A stretch of 54,323 bases of DNA, counting the filler, from Sphacelaria rigidula (lineage: Eukaryota): assembly GCA_964200075.2 (NCBI GenBank). It is 5 parts of 5 records of this genome, joined end to end, with 100 filler letters (N's around TTAATTAATTAA, not from the genome) between each part and the next. Parts side by side here need not be neighbours in the genome. Positions count along the whole stretch, not along the records: positions 21,772 to 32,555 come from CAXNAA020005917.1; positions 32,656 to 43,439 come from CAXNAA020005918.1; 3 more parts are not named here. The stretch is one strand, 5' to 3'. A program made the translations under genes and the position numbers. Positions within the stretch are counted from its first letter, which is position 1; every line of letters starts with the position of its first letter. Shown piece by piece: positions 23,796-36,529 of this stretch. A model generated the notes under the pieces. That model ran no database searches, was not told the DNA's origin, and worked only from the letters and a program-made list of their open reading frames with translations.

Positions 23796-26700
23796 CGCAG
23801 CCACCAACCGGCTCCTCTACTCGATTTAGCACTACTTGCTCTATACATGTTGACATACATACGTTGACCGCAGTAGCCTTAAACAACGCATGCCACAGAG
23901 CAGCCTGTGGGGTGGTTAAGGGCGGCTTTGCGATCAAGACTGAACTTAGGCCCAGTGTTGGGGTCGTTATATACTATATACTTGTATACCGGAGTGTTTT
24001 CAGACCCTTTTTTTTTTAAGGGGGGGGGGTTCAAACATCTCAAAAAAACAAATAGCTGAATAAAGATACAACGCTAGATTTTCCGAGTAATATGCAGTCA
24101 GTCTTAAATTTTCATATTCCTTGACCCGGTTGAGAAATCTGCTGTCACACATTTCGGGATGGAATATGTTTTCCGGAAAGAAATGCGAAAGTCTGAAAAA
24201 AATATCCTCGTTAATAATGACCATTATCGACACTGTTTTCCCGGAGACCTCCGTTTTTTTCGCACACGTTGGACTCTACATTCTTCGGAAATCTCCAACA
24301 ACGAAGTGGGTTAATTTTTCTCTCCGAACCTTTATTTTTAGACAAATCTGGCAATTTAGCGCTGCAACCCAGCACTTCGGAAAGCTGCCCGGTGTGTACG
24401 CCGTGGCGCTCACGAGCTGTCGAGAGTCATCATTGTCTGAAATTTCCGGGAGTCCATGAAAAACAGTATCGATAGTAATGGGTCTCAAGGCTCAGCGCTT
24501 GCAAAACCTAGCGGAAGGAGTGAACAGCGCTATTCCAACATCTTCCTGGGTGCGCCCTGCGTGCGACGCCGAAGACGCGAAGGAGTTGGCGACTGATATC
24601 AAGATCTTCATCACGAGTCCCTCCTAGATGAAATTATTTCGGGTTTCGACCGCATCCCTCATATCCTTATATTTTTGTACCATCATTTTTCGAGCGCAGG
24701 TCTGTTTTCTCCCATTTTGTCGTTTCTGGAAATTTCGTTCCATCTTCGAGCGCAGGTCTGATCATTCTCAAATTTTTAACTACTTGATATACCTACAATC
24801 CATTTTGTCTGCACGTGGCCAAAAACACCCAAAACAGCCGAAACCTCATCCCAACCCATTCACCTCAACCAAGAGCATTGAAATAATGCTGTTGATGTTG
24901 ACATATAACTATATAAGGTATGTATGGCAGTACTCTCAATAGCAGCAGCTACTACTAACAGTCGATGTTTCCAAAGCGCCAAAATACTCAAGCATGTATG
25001 CGCGGTGCTTGGCTGGCCGCGAACACAGTAGACCTGTGTCTCGTCATTATCAAACAGAGACCGCATCGCCGTGTGTGGTTGCCCGCCCTACGACGAGATC
25101 AACTTATGTCCTGCTATGGACTGCTGTGGAGTACGCCAGTTGTTTCGTGTATTCAATATTTACAGTAGGGCTTTTTGTGGATCTGTGTCTGGAGGCGACC
25201 GCGACCTGTATGCTCTTATTTGCATATCCCAGCTACAAATAGGTCGCGCTCGCAGCGCACAGCCAGTAGATACAACAACAGGAAGCCCACCGTGTGCAGA
25301 ACACGCACCGAAAAATTCTCCGGTGGGGTTTCCACGTTTTCATTCTTGAAACGGGTTTTTCACGTTTTTTCACTCCGAATGCGAGATGCGTGTGCTGGGG
25401 CTGGCTCCGGACACGTTTGTGTTGTAGAATACTACGGATTTGAGTAGTATCAGCCCCCCCACCACCCCCCCCCCCCACAGCCCGGAGTATCCACCAACGG
25501 AGTCGTGCCCGTCGACATTTGGTGNNNNNNNNNNTTCTGTCTTTCGTCTCCTGCTCATTCCTCTTTTGTTTTTATTATTATACTTTTTTTTATTTTTTTC
25601 CCCCCCCCCCCCCCCCCCCCCCGTTGCCTGTACATTTGAAAATTGCCGGTTTGCGGTCGTTTTTCGTTTTTGCACACCTGTTATCGAGTCGGTCGGCATG
25701 GACATCCACGCAACCAACGCATTCACCCAAACCTTCCAGCCGGCCAGCCTAGCCAATCCAATCTTACAAAACAGGATGCTCAGATCGGAGGGCACAGCCC
25801 CACTCACACACCGGACCCAACCAACCTAGCGAACCTAGCCGACCCAACCTTGCAAAAACAGTATGCTGAAATCGGGAGGCACAAACCCACCAAACACAAC
25901 CCAATCTAACCCAACCTAATCCTACCCAACCCAACCTACAACGTCCCGAGCATTTGCGCCTGTTGTGTCACAGATGTATTTGTAGTATTTTTTCAAGCAC
26001 CATGCATTCAGACTATCGGAAGAGTCGTGATCAAACGGCAGGGACAACAAAGCTATCTGATATAGCGAGGTGACTGATGTCAATGCACCCTCATTTATGG
26101 GCGACGCAAGCCAGGCCTTCATCTGTGGGATACACACCAAGACAGGCGCTTGAGACCAAACTTTGGCTCAAGGGCTCAAAGGCAATTGCGTGAGATCAAT
26201 GATGTTTTGTCTACACGTTACGTAGCATACCAGGTGAAAGGGACAAAAACTGGTTTCGTCTGAGCAACAAGAGCAGGCGCTTGAAGCGAACACGCCTTCA
26301 TGTTTCAGGGAAACATGAAGAGGGGGGGATTTGACTTTGCCTTCGCATATAGACCCAATAAGTGCTGAGGACTTCACGGTCTCATCCGCTGGGCGTCGTG
26401 CTGCACAGACATCTTTGCGGCGTATATGGCGGCCTCGGGAGTCATTCGCAACCCGGAAGTGATACATGATCACTCAACCGCGGGGGAGGACTGCCGCCTG
26501 GTGGAATAACCCCCATTAAAACGAAAACCGGATGGAGTCATGACTGAAGGCAAACGGAAGCCTGGTGGCGCATTACACATGGAGTTGGCAGACCGAAATA
26601 ACAACAAAAGACAAGTTCATCCATGGCTGGGTAACATGCAGTTGAGCATTGCGGCAACGGCGCGTCCGATGACCAATTTTTAGCTGGAACCCTTGCGGAG

Positions 26701-27587
26701 GAAACGCCGGAAATGCATGTGTCAGTGAACAATAGCGCATGCGTGCCTACAAAAGGTCCACCGCTATCCACCGTGCTGGAATCCTCGGGGACCAGCATGC
26801 ACACGGAGGGATCAACGACCGAGAGTATCGATTGAGACAGCCATATCTAGCGTGGGTTTGGCTTAACGCTCAATAACGGTCCCTTACGACTACGTTATCA
26901 CCATTGAGGAAACGACAAAATCGGGAGGCGTTCTCGAGCAAAAGTAGCTCGAAAGTGACCAGTACACGGCCATACATTTCCACCGAGGACACGTGCGACA
27001 CTCTAGGATACGAGTGACCAAAAAATTAAGCAGCAGCAAATATTAAAACCAGATGGCTGTACTAAAGAGAATTGCTGAGGGAAGTGACGGAAAGTTTCGC
27101 GCGATTGACGACGCATCGGACGACATGCCTGACTAGCGCGTGACGGATGACATCAAAACATCTAGATCATGACAGATGGACGAAGCGATCTTCGGACATG
27201 GCTTCGTTTTGACGTGTTCATGTGTGAAGGCACCTCATCACCAGAGAGTGATATCCTTAGAGCAAAAGCATTCTACCAAAGTAAATCCCAACACAGCGGA
27301 GACTATGTCGACTCAGCAAGCTATTTTGCACTTATTCACGTCTGAAGAAATTCAACTTCGTTTGGCAATATATATATATATACGATAATAAAAGCGAACG
27401 GAATGAGATATGGTACCCGGATAACGTGCTACGCGAACATACGGAACCGTACGAGCATTCCCCATGCTCAAGTGTTTTCCTTTCTTGCTTTAGGTCGGCC
27501 ATTTGCTTTGTGTTGACTTTCTATTACTATTTTTGTCACGACTTAGTCCGCTATGTCGTTCTGTTCGACCCCTCTTTTTTTTTTTTC

Positions 27588-27640
<53 letters not shown>

Positions 27641-27711
27641 TTTTTTTTTTCTTTTTTCCCCTGTTGGTTTCCTGGGGGGTCTGTTTATTTGCGTTTTTTT
27701 TTTTTTTCCTT

Positions 27712-27826
27712 AGAGCGTGTTTTGAGTTTCGTTTTTCCTGGGTACGTCTATCATGAGACCACGGCTGGATCCCTGGGGGGTCAGTTAAAGTGCGACAATC
27801 AATCAGTCAATCAATCAATCAATCAA
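27712..27826 (+). mobile_element. Non-LTR retroelement 3' end with (CAAT)n tail, copy 2
   Basis: Same family as 6304-6400. Confidence 0.75.
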
Positions 27827-30800
27827 GTGTCTCGCGAGTAAATCATCTGGGAAACGAGAGAGAATTTGAAGGGAGTGATGTAACAAGACATTTCTCACAA
27901 AGAGTTTTGAATATTCCGCGTGTTTCACTTACAGTACTGTCACTCTTGCATCGGTACCCGGGGGATGTGGACGTACTTTGCCACAGGGTAACGATAGGCA
28001 GTCTTTGACCTTGCTGTGTGATTTCGGTGTTGCAGTAACGGACGTACATCTGTGAGGGGCCAGATTCTCGAGGTTGCATTTTTCCTGTCTGTATAGAAGG
28101 TGATGGGATCTCGACATACAGTTTGTGGGAACTTTCAACATATTTCTTTGCTTTCATGTCGAAGTATCCACTTTTTCGAGATTTTGAATCACTTGCGGCA
28201 TTATATTTCGAGGAAACTGCGCGCAGAGTTTATTCAGGCGCACAGACGATTGGTTTACTTCGTTTCCAGCTCCTACGGGCTTCGGAATATTGTAAAATTG
28301 TATTTTCATACAGTACTAGAATTACAATCGCCTTGCGCCGCATGAGCTTGGCGATTTGCATCCTGATGGAAGGGGGCTCTTCACGCCGACTCCGCGTCGC
28401 TCCGCGCGTCGTTGTCCATTAACCATAGGTTTCGTTGCATCGCTTGCCGTTTTGGCAACTTGGCGAACGAACATCGACCTGATGAATTCAAACCGTCGGG
28501 CGTTGCAGCACTCAGTTTTTCGTCCAAGGTAGTTGCACTTCCCTCCCCCTTGACGTTCCCCATTTGTTTCTTTCTGCACCCTCCTTCATGTGCTCTGTTA
28601 CCGCACACGTGATCAGTCGGATCTCATTCAGTGCAATATTTTTTTAACCCTCGGAGTGTTCGGTAATACTCTGGGCGCTGTTGCTTACCCGAGGGTATTC
28701 GCAGTCCTCTGCAATCCTCTGGAAAGCTTGATCCTCTCTAGAGGTATTGGTGCCCTCTATTGTAGAGGTTTCACGTACCGTATACTCTCGGGCAGTCTTG
28801 ACCCTCGAGTTTTTTTTTTCTGAAATACCCTCGAGTAAAAGTATCTTCGGAGAAATATTTGCACTCTAGAGCTTTTACATGCCGTGTGCTTTGTAAGAAA
28901 CTAGGCGTTCTATAGCATGTACATGTATCCTTTAAAGTATATAATATAGCGTGATTCCGAGGGGGAGCCGATTGGCCATGTGTGCGATAAAAGCGTATAG
29001 TGGCCCTATACAATCATATCAACCTCTACCATTTCCTCCCGTAATGAGTTCACGGAATACACGGGAGAGGACTCGCGATCTGAACTCGCCAACCGGATCT
29101 ACGTGGAATGGCCATTCCTGGCTGGGTATGGAAACCTTCTATACCTCACTGCAAAGATGTGAGGGTGTTTGTTCACTGCAGGAGCAAGGGCACACTAAAA
29201 TCAAGTAAAAAAAGCTCGCCTTGACATTCATGAACTCACTGAAATATGACTTGCTTACTTCGCAGCCGGCGCGAGGGGAGAGTCTCGTCATACTTTTCTC
29301 TTCTCCCCGTCCTCGGGACAAGTCAGTAGGCTTAAGGGATTGACCCATCTCTCCCCCGATACGGTACCTGCCCGGCATTTTGGTATCGCGGGTTGATACA
29401 GCCCTCCCGCATCGCATCCGCTTTCCTCAAGTCTCCTCCGGTAGTCACGTCCTCATATTTTCAATAATGGAGATCTGGTATAGTAAGGTGAGAAAATTTG
29501 GCTTTGTTGAGAGATTTTGTTCGAGGTATTCGGCCTACAGTAATGGGCGGTCTAAATATTTAGGGGTGTTCGGGGTTTTTTCTCGCGTACTACTTTTCGA
29601 TAGAACTCGAAATTGCTAGCGTCGGTAGATTTTGGTACAGCAAAACAGAAGATCCTCCAAACACAGTGCCCAAGTTAGCCTTAATGGTGTTATCGAGCGA
29701 AACGAGTAAATACCCCGTTCATCAGGAGGGTGTTATTGACCGTGAAACACAGTTTTTCGGCCCCAGTGCACTGAGTACGCAGAATTTCATCAAAATAAAA
29801 CTGTACATTTTTCACAATTATGATCGGGACGGGCTCGATCGACCGGCAATACAGGAGAGTAAGAATCTGGGCTGAAACGTGGCAGGACCCCCGATGACCG
29901 ATCAGCCCGCAAATCACTCAACATTGAGTACAGATGATATTTTCCTCTTGGAATGTGGAGGGGATACAAATATTTTGAGATCCCCGATGTGCTAAGGGGT
30001 GGCAAGCGAAAAGAGCCCAAGATAATCGCCAATAACGAAAAAATCACGAAATGCCACACAATGAATAGCTAGACCGCCCACTACTGTATCTCTAATCACG
30101 GTGAACCTTGATCCCAAACAAGTTGGGTATCGGGAGGTGTTATTAATTGTGATCGCCCCAGATCGTGAAAAGAAAGTCATTCCTACGATCAACGATACTG
30201 AACGATTTACGGGCTAACCGATACTATGGGGTCGTGCGACTACACAGCCCCAGACCTTGTCTCTTTGGTATTCCCGCTCGATCAGGCTATTCCCGACCGT
30301 TCTGGTGAACAATCATATTGAACTGTTTTCATTGAACTTCTAGCTGCTCATTGTGCTACTGTAGGAAATCCGTGTTTTGGAATCAAACGCGTTCAATAAC
30401 ACCCTCCCGATGATCAGCGTTTTACGCCGTTTTGGTCCGGCTACACAAATTTGATAATCACGTCATGAGCATGGTCTGCTTCTTTTCGAAAATATGTACC
30501 GACTCTGGCACTTCCTTGTGGGGGTGGAGAACGGTTCACGAAAAATCCTGACTGAGCGATTTCCTGACTCAGATATACACCCTACTGTACGGTACTCCTG
30601 AAAAACAAACCGTATGCTGTTGTACAGAATTGCATATGCTGAGAGTCGGACCTCGTACTCGATCCTCATTGATTCGGAGAAACAACGGGTAGACCACTCG
30701 AGACGCGAGTGCGGTGTAAAGGTGGCACATTTAAAATTATTTTGCGTTTTTTTTTATATATATTCCCCCTTTCCCTCCCCTCCTGGTCTCAGGCGACTCC

Positions 30801-31695
30801 CAGAGTTTCGGGACACGGAACAGTTCTGCGATGCGATGAAGGAATTAGGTGTACCCTTCGACCAGTTGATGAATATTCTCGAACCGCCTGCTAACGAAGC
30901 AGCAGCAGCAGCAGGAGATAGGAGGGTGGCATGCTGCAGCGACGAAGACGAAGGAGAAGCAGAAGTCGGCGGCAACATTTCTACTACACGAAACTTTAAA
31001 AAGGTACAAAATAGAGAGCCACCCTACGAGAGAGAGGGGTGGTCCCTGTAGAAGACGGTACTCGAGGAGCCGTTATTAGTGAGAGGAAGCGGGACTTTGT
31101 CCTACTGCAACTATTTGTGTAATGCCAACTTGCTCTACCAGAGGGCACCCGGATCGTTCACGAACGTTGTTCCACAGGATAACATTTTTTTTTTTCTTAG
31201 ATTGTCCACACACGTGTTTTCGAGGAATTTGGAGCGAACGCTGTGGGCGTAATTCCTATTCGGCCGTCTAGTTTCAACTTGTTTGAATCAGAGGTGACAT
31301 CCGGTATCTCTCAAAAACTTTCGACGTGAAATAACTTGGGATTTAAGACTTGGGTCAATTTTCTGCTGCACGTCAAGACTCGAACGTTGACCCGGGACGA
31401 TTACGGGTACATTGTGAAACACTCATTTCGGAACAATTTCACATGTAGCTTCAACTCGAACAGGTTGGCTGTGGCATTTCTCTAGCAGGTACGTCGTAGT
31501 GGTTTTTGAAGTCGGAAACAGCGCCATGCTCTTGTTCGAAATCATCCAAGGCATAGCTGTGCGTAATTTCGTTCGAACATTCACTATCGTCGTGTTCTAT
31601 CTGCAGTTGATATCATGTCGCCGTATCAAAGACACTGCATGCTTCAGAAATATCTCACTCCCTCGTCGTCGACTTTGCCATGGTTTACTGCCGAT

Positions 31696-32050
31696 GGCCC
31701 CGGTGGCTCAGTTGGTAACCTCGAAACTTCCTGACGGTTGGGTAGTGGGTTCAATTCCCGGAGCGATCTGGGATTTTTTCTCACACCATACCCAACAGTG
31801 AAAAGCGACTATGTCGTGGGCACACAATATTCGACTGAACGGTCGACGAGAGGAAGGGGCTGCTGAACCACCCCTCTCGCGATAAAGAAGAAAGGCAAGC
31901 ATCGCAGAAGCAAAATGGGGGTACTAAGAAAAAATGAAAGATAAAAAGCTCCTGTGTGGACCTTCCTCCTGTGTGACCCCGGCTGGTGCGCCCACATATA
32001 CCGGAAGGTGTAGACTGGCGCCCAGAATAGATGGGACGACAACACACACA
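31696..32050 (+). mobile_element. tRNA-derived SINE, apparently full length
   Basis: A box TGGCTCAGTTGG, B box GGTTCAATTCC, body of about 300 bp, (CA)n tail. Homologous copy at 53745-54059 on -. Confidence 0.85.
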
Positions 32051-32495
32051 CTGCCATCAGTTCTTACCCATAAGTCGGATTTTGGTCTTCGGAGCATATC
32101 GTCTTCTCTTTGTGTAAACTCAAAATGCCGTTGTTCGACACTTCATGTCCGGATTACCATACTCTGCCAATCAATGAAGCGAACCACGAGTACACGAAAC
32201 CTGGGCGCGGGTCGTGTTTCTCTCGGCCTCGATTTGACATGGTGAAGACTGATGCCGCGATACCTCCTGAAGACAAATCAATGGTTTGGGGAAGCAAATC
32301 TACACGTAAATGAATACTGTATGGAAAAGGCCAAGCACAACGAGGATTTGGGAATTCCAACGCTTGGGATCGTTTTCGCCAACGTCGTTCATAGGAGGCG
32401 CCTTATGCATTCTGAAATCAGCTGTCATACGCTGTATGGTCACTTTCTTCGTGACAGGTTTGGGGCTGGTTTGGGGGGGGGGGGGGGGGTTTGAT

Positions 32496-32530
<35 letters not shown>

Positions 32531-32555
32531 CGGGGGTGGTGCGACGCGGAAAAAA

Positions 32556-32655
32556 NNNNNNNNNNNNNNNNNNNNNNNNNNNNNNNNNNNNNNNNNNNNT
32601 TAATTAATTAANNNNNNNNNNNNNNNNNNNNNNNNNNNNNNNNNNNNNNNNNNNN
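32556..32655. other. Artificial contig linker
   Basis: N44-TTAATTAATTAA-N44. Confidence 0.97.
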
Positions 32656-32736
32656 CCACAGGATGCCATTGTCCCCTGGTCATCATCCAGGATCCTACAC
32701 ATACTACATCTACTACGCCTGGGTGTATTTTGGCTA

Positions 32737-33106
32737 CAGGGATGAGAAACCCGGAGAATTAAAATCTTCGTATCTGCACCAAATGTTCGAAATATGGTTC
32801 AATTTCTTCACCTACAAATAGCTATTGACAACTGCTACACGCCATAGAAATTTGGATATCGATTACCGAAATGTTGGGGTTCAAGGTGGAAAAACAATTT
32901 TTGGGAAATGCGGGTGTCCGAACGGACGCCAAAATGGTTCCGACATTGTTTTTTCACCTAGAACCCCAACATTTCGGTTATTGAAATCCAAATTTCTATG
33001 GCGTGTATCAGTTGTCGATAGCTATCAGTAGGTGAAAAAATGAAACCATATTTCGAATATTTGGTGTGGATACGAAGATTTTCATTCTCCGAGTTTCTCA
33101 TCCCCA
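32737..33106. mobile_element. Fully palindromic MITE
   Basis: GGGATGAGAAAC...GTTTCTCATCCC with about 180-bp arms pairing along almost the whole length. The CAGGG start is hAT-like, but no clear TSD. Confidence 0.85.
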
Positions 33107-33121
33107 ATAAAAGATCCATCC

Positions 33122-33217
33122 TGTGACGGTTTAAGAGACAACCAACTAGACTACTACTGACCAGTCAGCGCTGACTGGCCAGTAGTAGTCTAGTTGGTTG
33201 TCTCTTAAACCGCCACA
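33122..33217. repeat. 96-bp near-perfect palindrome
   Basis: TGTGACGGTTTAAGAGACAACCAACTAGACTACTACTGACCAGTCAGC|GCTGACTGGCCAGTAGTAGTCTAGTTGGTTGTCTCTTAAACCGCCACA; two mismatched pairs, no spacer. Confidence 0.9.
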
Positions 33218-34759
33218 AAAGTTAGTCGTGGGGGTTCGATCCCCGTCACTTTCACTCCAAGGAGGGCGACTCCCCTTGTCAGCGCTCTATCGACTGCAAT
33301 CAGGACCTCTAACGTTGTCACTCTCACCGTACCCTAGAGTTACGCGTCTCCCCCACTCATTTCCAGAGTATGTGCACTGGGGTCCTTAGCAGTACACTCC
33401 AAACATGGCCACCAGGCTATACCTAATCTTGAACTGTCACAATCCCCGATTTGTAAGATCCCGTGTTCGGTGCCGATACTGCTGCTGCCGCTGCTGCTGC
33501 CGTTTTTCCTCATGGGAGAAACGGTCCGCGTTTCAATCGTGCTAAAGCGCTCACGCACCTTACGCACGGGACCGCCTCTCATCCAATCTGGACGGATTTC
33601 CGTCAAACGAAAAAGGCTGTCTTGTGTGGATGATGAGCTAGCGCTTGGACAATGCGCGTGAGTGGTGGGTGTCTATGCGTCGCAGAAATGCGATACGTCA
33701 CAGAAATCCAACACCGAATGTGGAATAGCCTGAGGCAACAACCAATTAAAAAATTGGAACGACCGATGCTGCGTCGTTTCTTCAAATCTAGAGCCCACGC
33801 AGAAGATTTGAACGGCACGACAGTAACGATACAACTCACGCAGAAATGGGGGGAAGGGCTATTACATGGGACATCAAAGCAGACAGCTCCTGTCATCAAA
33901 CGCTTGGGATAGAGCAGCTCCGTGCTGGCTCAGTTTGTTCGCCCCAACGCGCACGCGACCGCCTTGCGTGTCTTCTCCGATCCTAGCACCCGACTATAGC
34001 TAAAGTACAGTACGGACGGAGATGCAATAGACAGCTGCACAGTCGTCACGTGATCGTTTCATCGTTTCACCTCTGTATACAGACAGTAGCTAGTGTACAG
34101 CACTTTGATCTCACTCCACTTCTGTGCTTACCGGAACACTGCATGCAGCACTACATTTGTTCAGGCACTCTCCAGCGCACATCACACCATGTTCGTCGTA
34201 GAGTGTTCAAATGCACAACAGCACAGCGACAATTACAGCATAGAAATGATGGGTGTGGGAAGCGCCTTGTTCGTTCGACAACATATTCTGAAAAAAATAG
34301 TGCTGTGTTGTCGTAGTAGTACAGCAGCAGCAGCTGGACACTAATAGTTTTGCAACAAGAGAAGCTGATACATACTGTATACAGTCCGTCTTCAGGTTTT
34401 AGAACTAAAAAACACTGCAGAACTGCTGTGTTATCTTGTGTTCAGTGTAGTACTCTGTACTCTACATACCACTGCAGAGTTGTCTTGTGTTCAGTGTAGT
34501 ACCCTGTACTCCAGATAATGGGGTCACGTTTTAAGCAGTTCTTGAAAAGTTCTGCTTGTTTTTTGAAAAGTTCTCGAAAATGTCTGCTTGTTTTTCTGTC
34601 ACAGAAATCCAATGCCGAATCTGGAATAGCATGAGATAACACCCAATTTGAAAATTGGAATATGGCCAAAGCTACTACGACAACAACATCGCGTACAGGC
34701 TGGTTCACGGGAAAGATCTGAAAAACACTTATCGGCAAAAATTGACACCAATTTATAAA

Positions 34760-35360
34760 GTTAGACCCTGAAATTTTGCACAAATGTGCTATGGATCATC
34801 CCGCAACTTTCGAAGGTGAGGGTTATTTTTTCCTTCTCGACTTTTTCGCCGTTTTTCGGAGGTCCCAATTTTTCGAGGAAACTTCGATCCCGTCGGACCC
34901 CCGTCAAACGGTAAAAAATAAAGAACAGAAAAACCTCGTTTATCCAAAGTTGAGCAATCACCCAGAGTACATTTGTGCAAAATTTCAGGGTTCAACTCCT
35001 TGAAGCAGCCTGAAGGTTTTCGAGTTTGTGCGATGAACCTTGCCTTGCCACGGTGGAACCGCAAACTACGATATATCAGAGTGTATATCTAAGCATCAGT
35101 TAATCGAGTTTGGCCCCGAACCTTTGCGGGGCTCTTCCTTGGGTTTTGCGGCGACAGGGCGTTTGAGAAAAGAAGTGAAGAAAAGATCGTAGTGTGCTAG
35201 TTTTCCGGGGTCCCAGAATGGAGACGACTTCAAAAAAACGACCAGGATCCCGTCAGACCCCCAGAGAACGGTAAAAAAAGTCGAGTTGAAAAACCTCGTC
35301 AACCAAAACTCGCGTAGTGACCCATAGCACATTTGTGCAAAGTTTCAGGGTCTAACTCCT
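34760..35360. mobile_element. DNA transposon remnant with inverted and direct subterminal blocks
   Basis: TTAGACCCTGAAATTTTGCACAAATGT at 34761 is inverted at about 34969-34995 and again at about 35329-35355. GATCCCGTC.GACCCCC...AAAAACCTCGT is repeated directly. Confidence 0.6.
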
Positions 35361-36529
35361 AGTGAGTGCGTAAGGGTTTGCGCGTTCGTGGGAGGACCTG
35401 AGCTTTAAATGTGCAAACTTTTAACTACTTCGTTTTAATATGAAAACGTCTTTTTTGGGCGAATTTTACGTCAAGGCAAGAAAAACTGTACGAGATCTTT
35501 GAGTTTTCTCGACCAAACTTTGTACATGTGTTTCTTGGACTATCCCGGGACGCATCATGTTATTTTTTTATTTTAAGGCGTTATGTACTGTCTTCCGGGG
35601 GCCTTCATACTGGTACCCCCGGAAGCCGGTAGAGAACGGAGAAGCTTTGAACTCTTGCCAAGAATATATTTTTTCCATTTGAAGCATCAATACCTACGGA
35701 ACTGCCAAGTTTGAGGACGATCTGAGATTTTTCACGATAGATACGAGGGAAATTGCCACGAGGCTCCCTGGGTATTTCGTAGGTATTATGAGTGGAAATT
35801 AGACGACGCCAAAACTCCATATCACCGAAACATTACGGTTTCGTGCATAATTCGACCCCGTTGGAACCGTTTTCAAATGTGTCTTTCCCGTTGGATTCCC
35901 GAGCTGATGACCATTACTACGACGTGAAGCATGTGGAGATTCGGTAAAAATTGGACTTGGGAGTTGTATATAATTTCAGAACAGTTTGAAAGGCGCTGAT
36001 TGGTCGATACACATTTTTGTCCATAGCACCACCAGTATAGCCTTGGAAAAAAGCCCGGCTACGTCACCCTCTTTGTCTATTGATTGCGGTCGGTATGATA
36101 CCATACATGCGACTATTGGGTGCGTATTGCGGAAGGTATTTGCTGATTACAGAATTTGAAGTATTTTGCGTGGACCAGCCTGTACCCCGTCTACGAAAGC
36201 GACGACAGCGTTGACGAGGATTCCAACGACGAGTAATTTCCTGTTTCATTTATGCTCTCTTGACCAAGACCGCTACGACCATAGTTTCGTATTTGTTGTT
36301 CCTTCGCCTCTACTTCCAGAGTCGAACGTACCTTGCCTGTTCTCATGTTCGTAGTTCATACTTCCACTTCATCAAAATGCTTATTCCATTGAGGATGTTT
36401 ACCAGCACAGGAGATTTTTTCGCGACGATGGGTTTCAGCCCTTACCACAACAACATCGTAGGGTATGGTACACACGTTGTTCGCTCTTGTGCCCGTTTGC
36501 ATTAATATATGGTACAATTTCATGTTACC

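Noticed and set aside
26168..26473. Restriction-like endonuclease LINE (RPAD plus Cys/His motif on -)
   Set aside because: The motifs occur in the opposite order to that in R2/CRE elements; likely chance.
27574..27710. Poly-Phe ORFs
   Set aside because: Translations of a T-rich tract adjoining a retroelement end.
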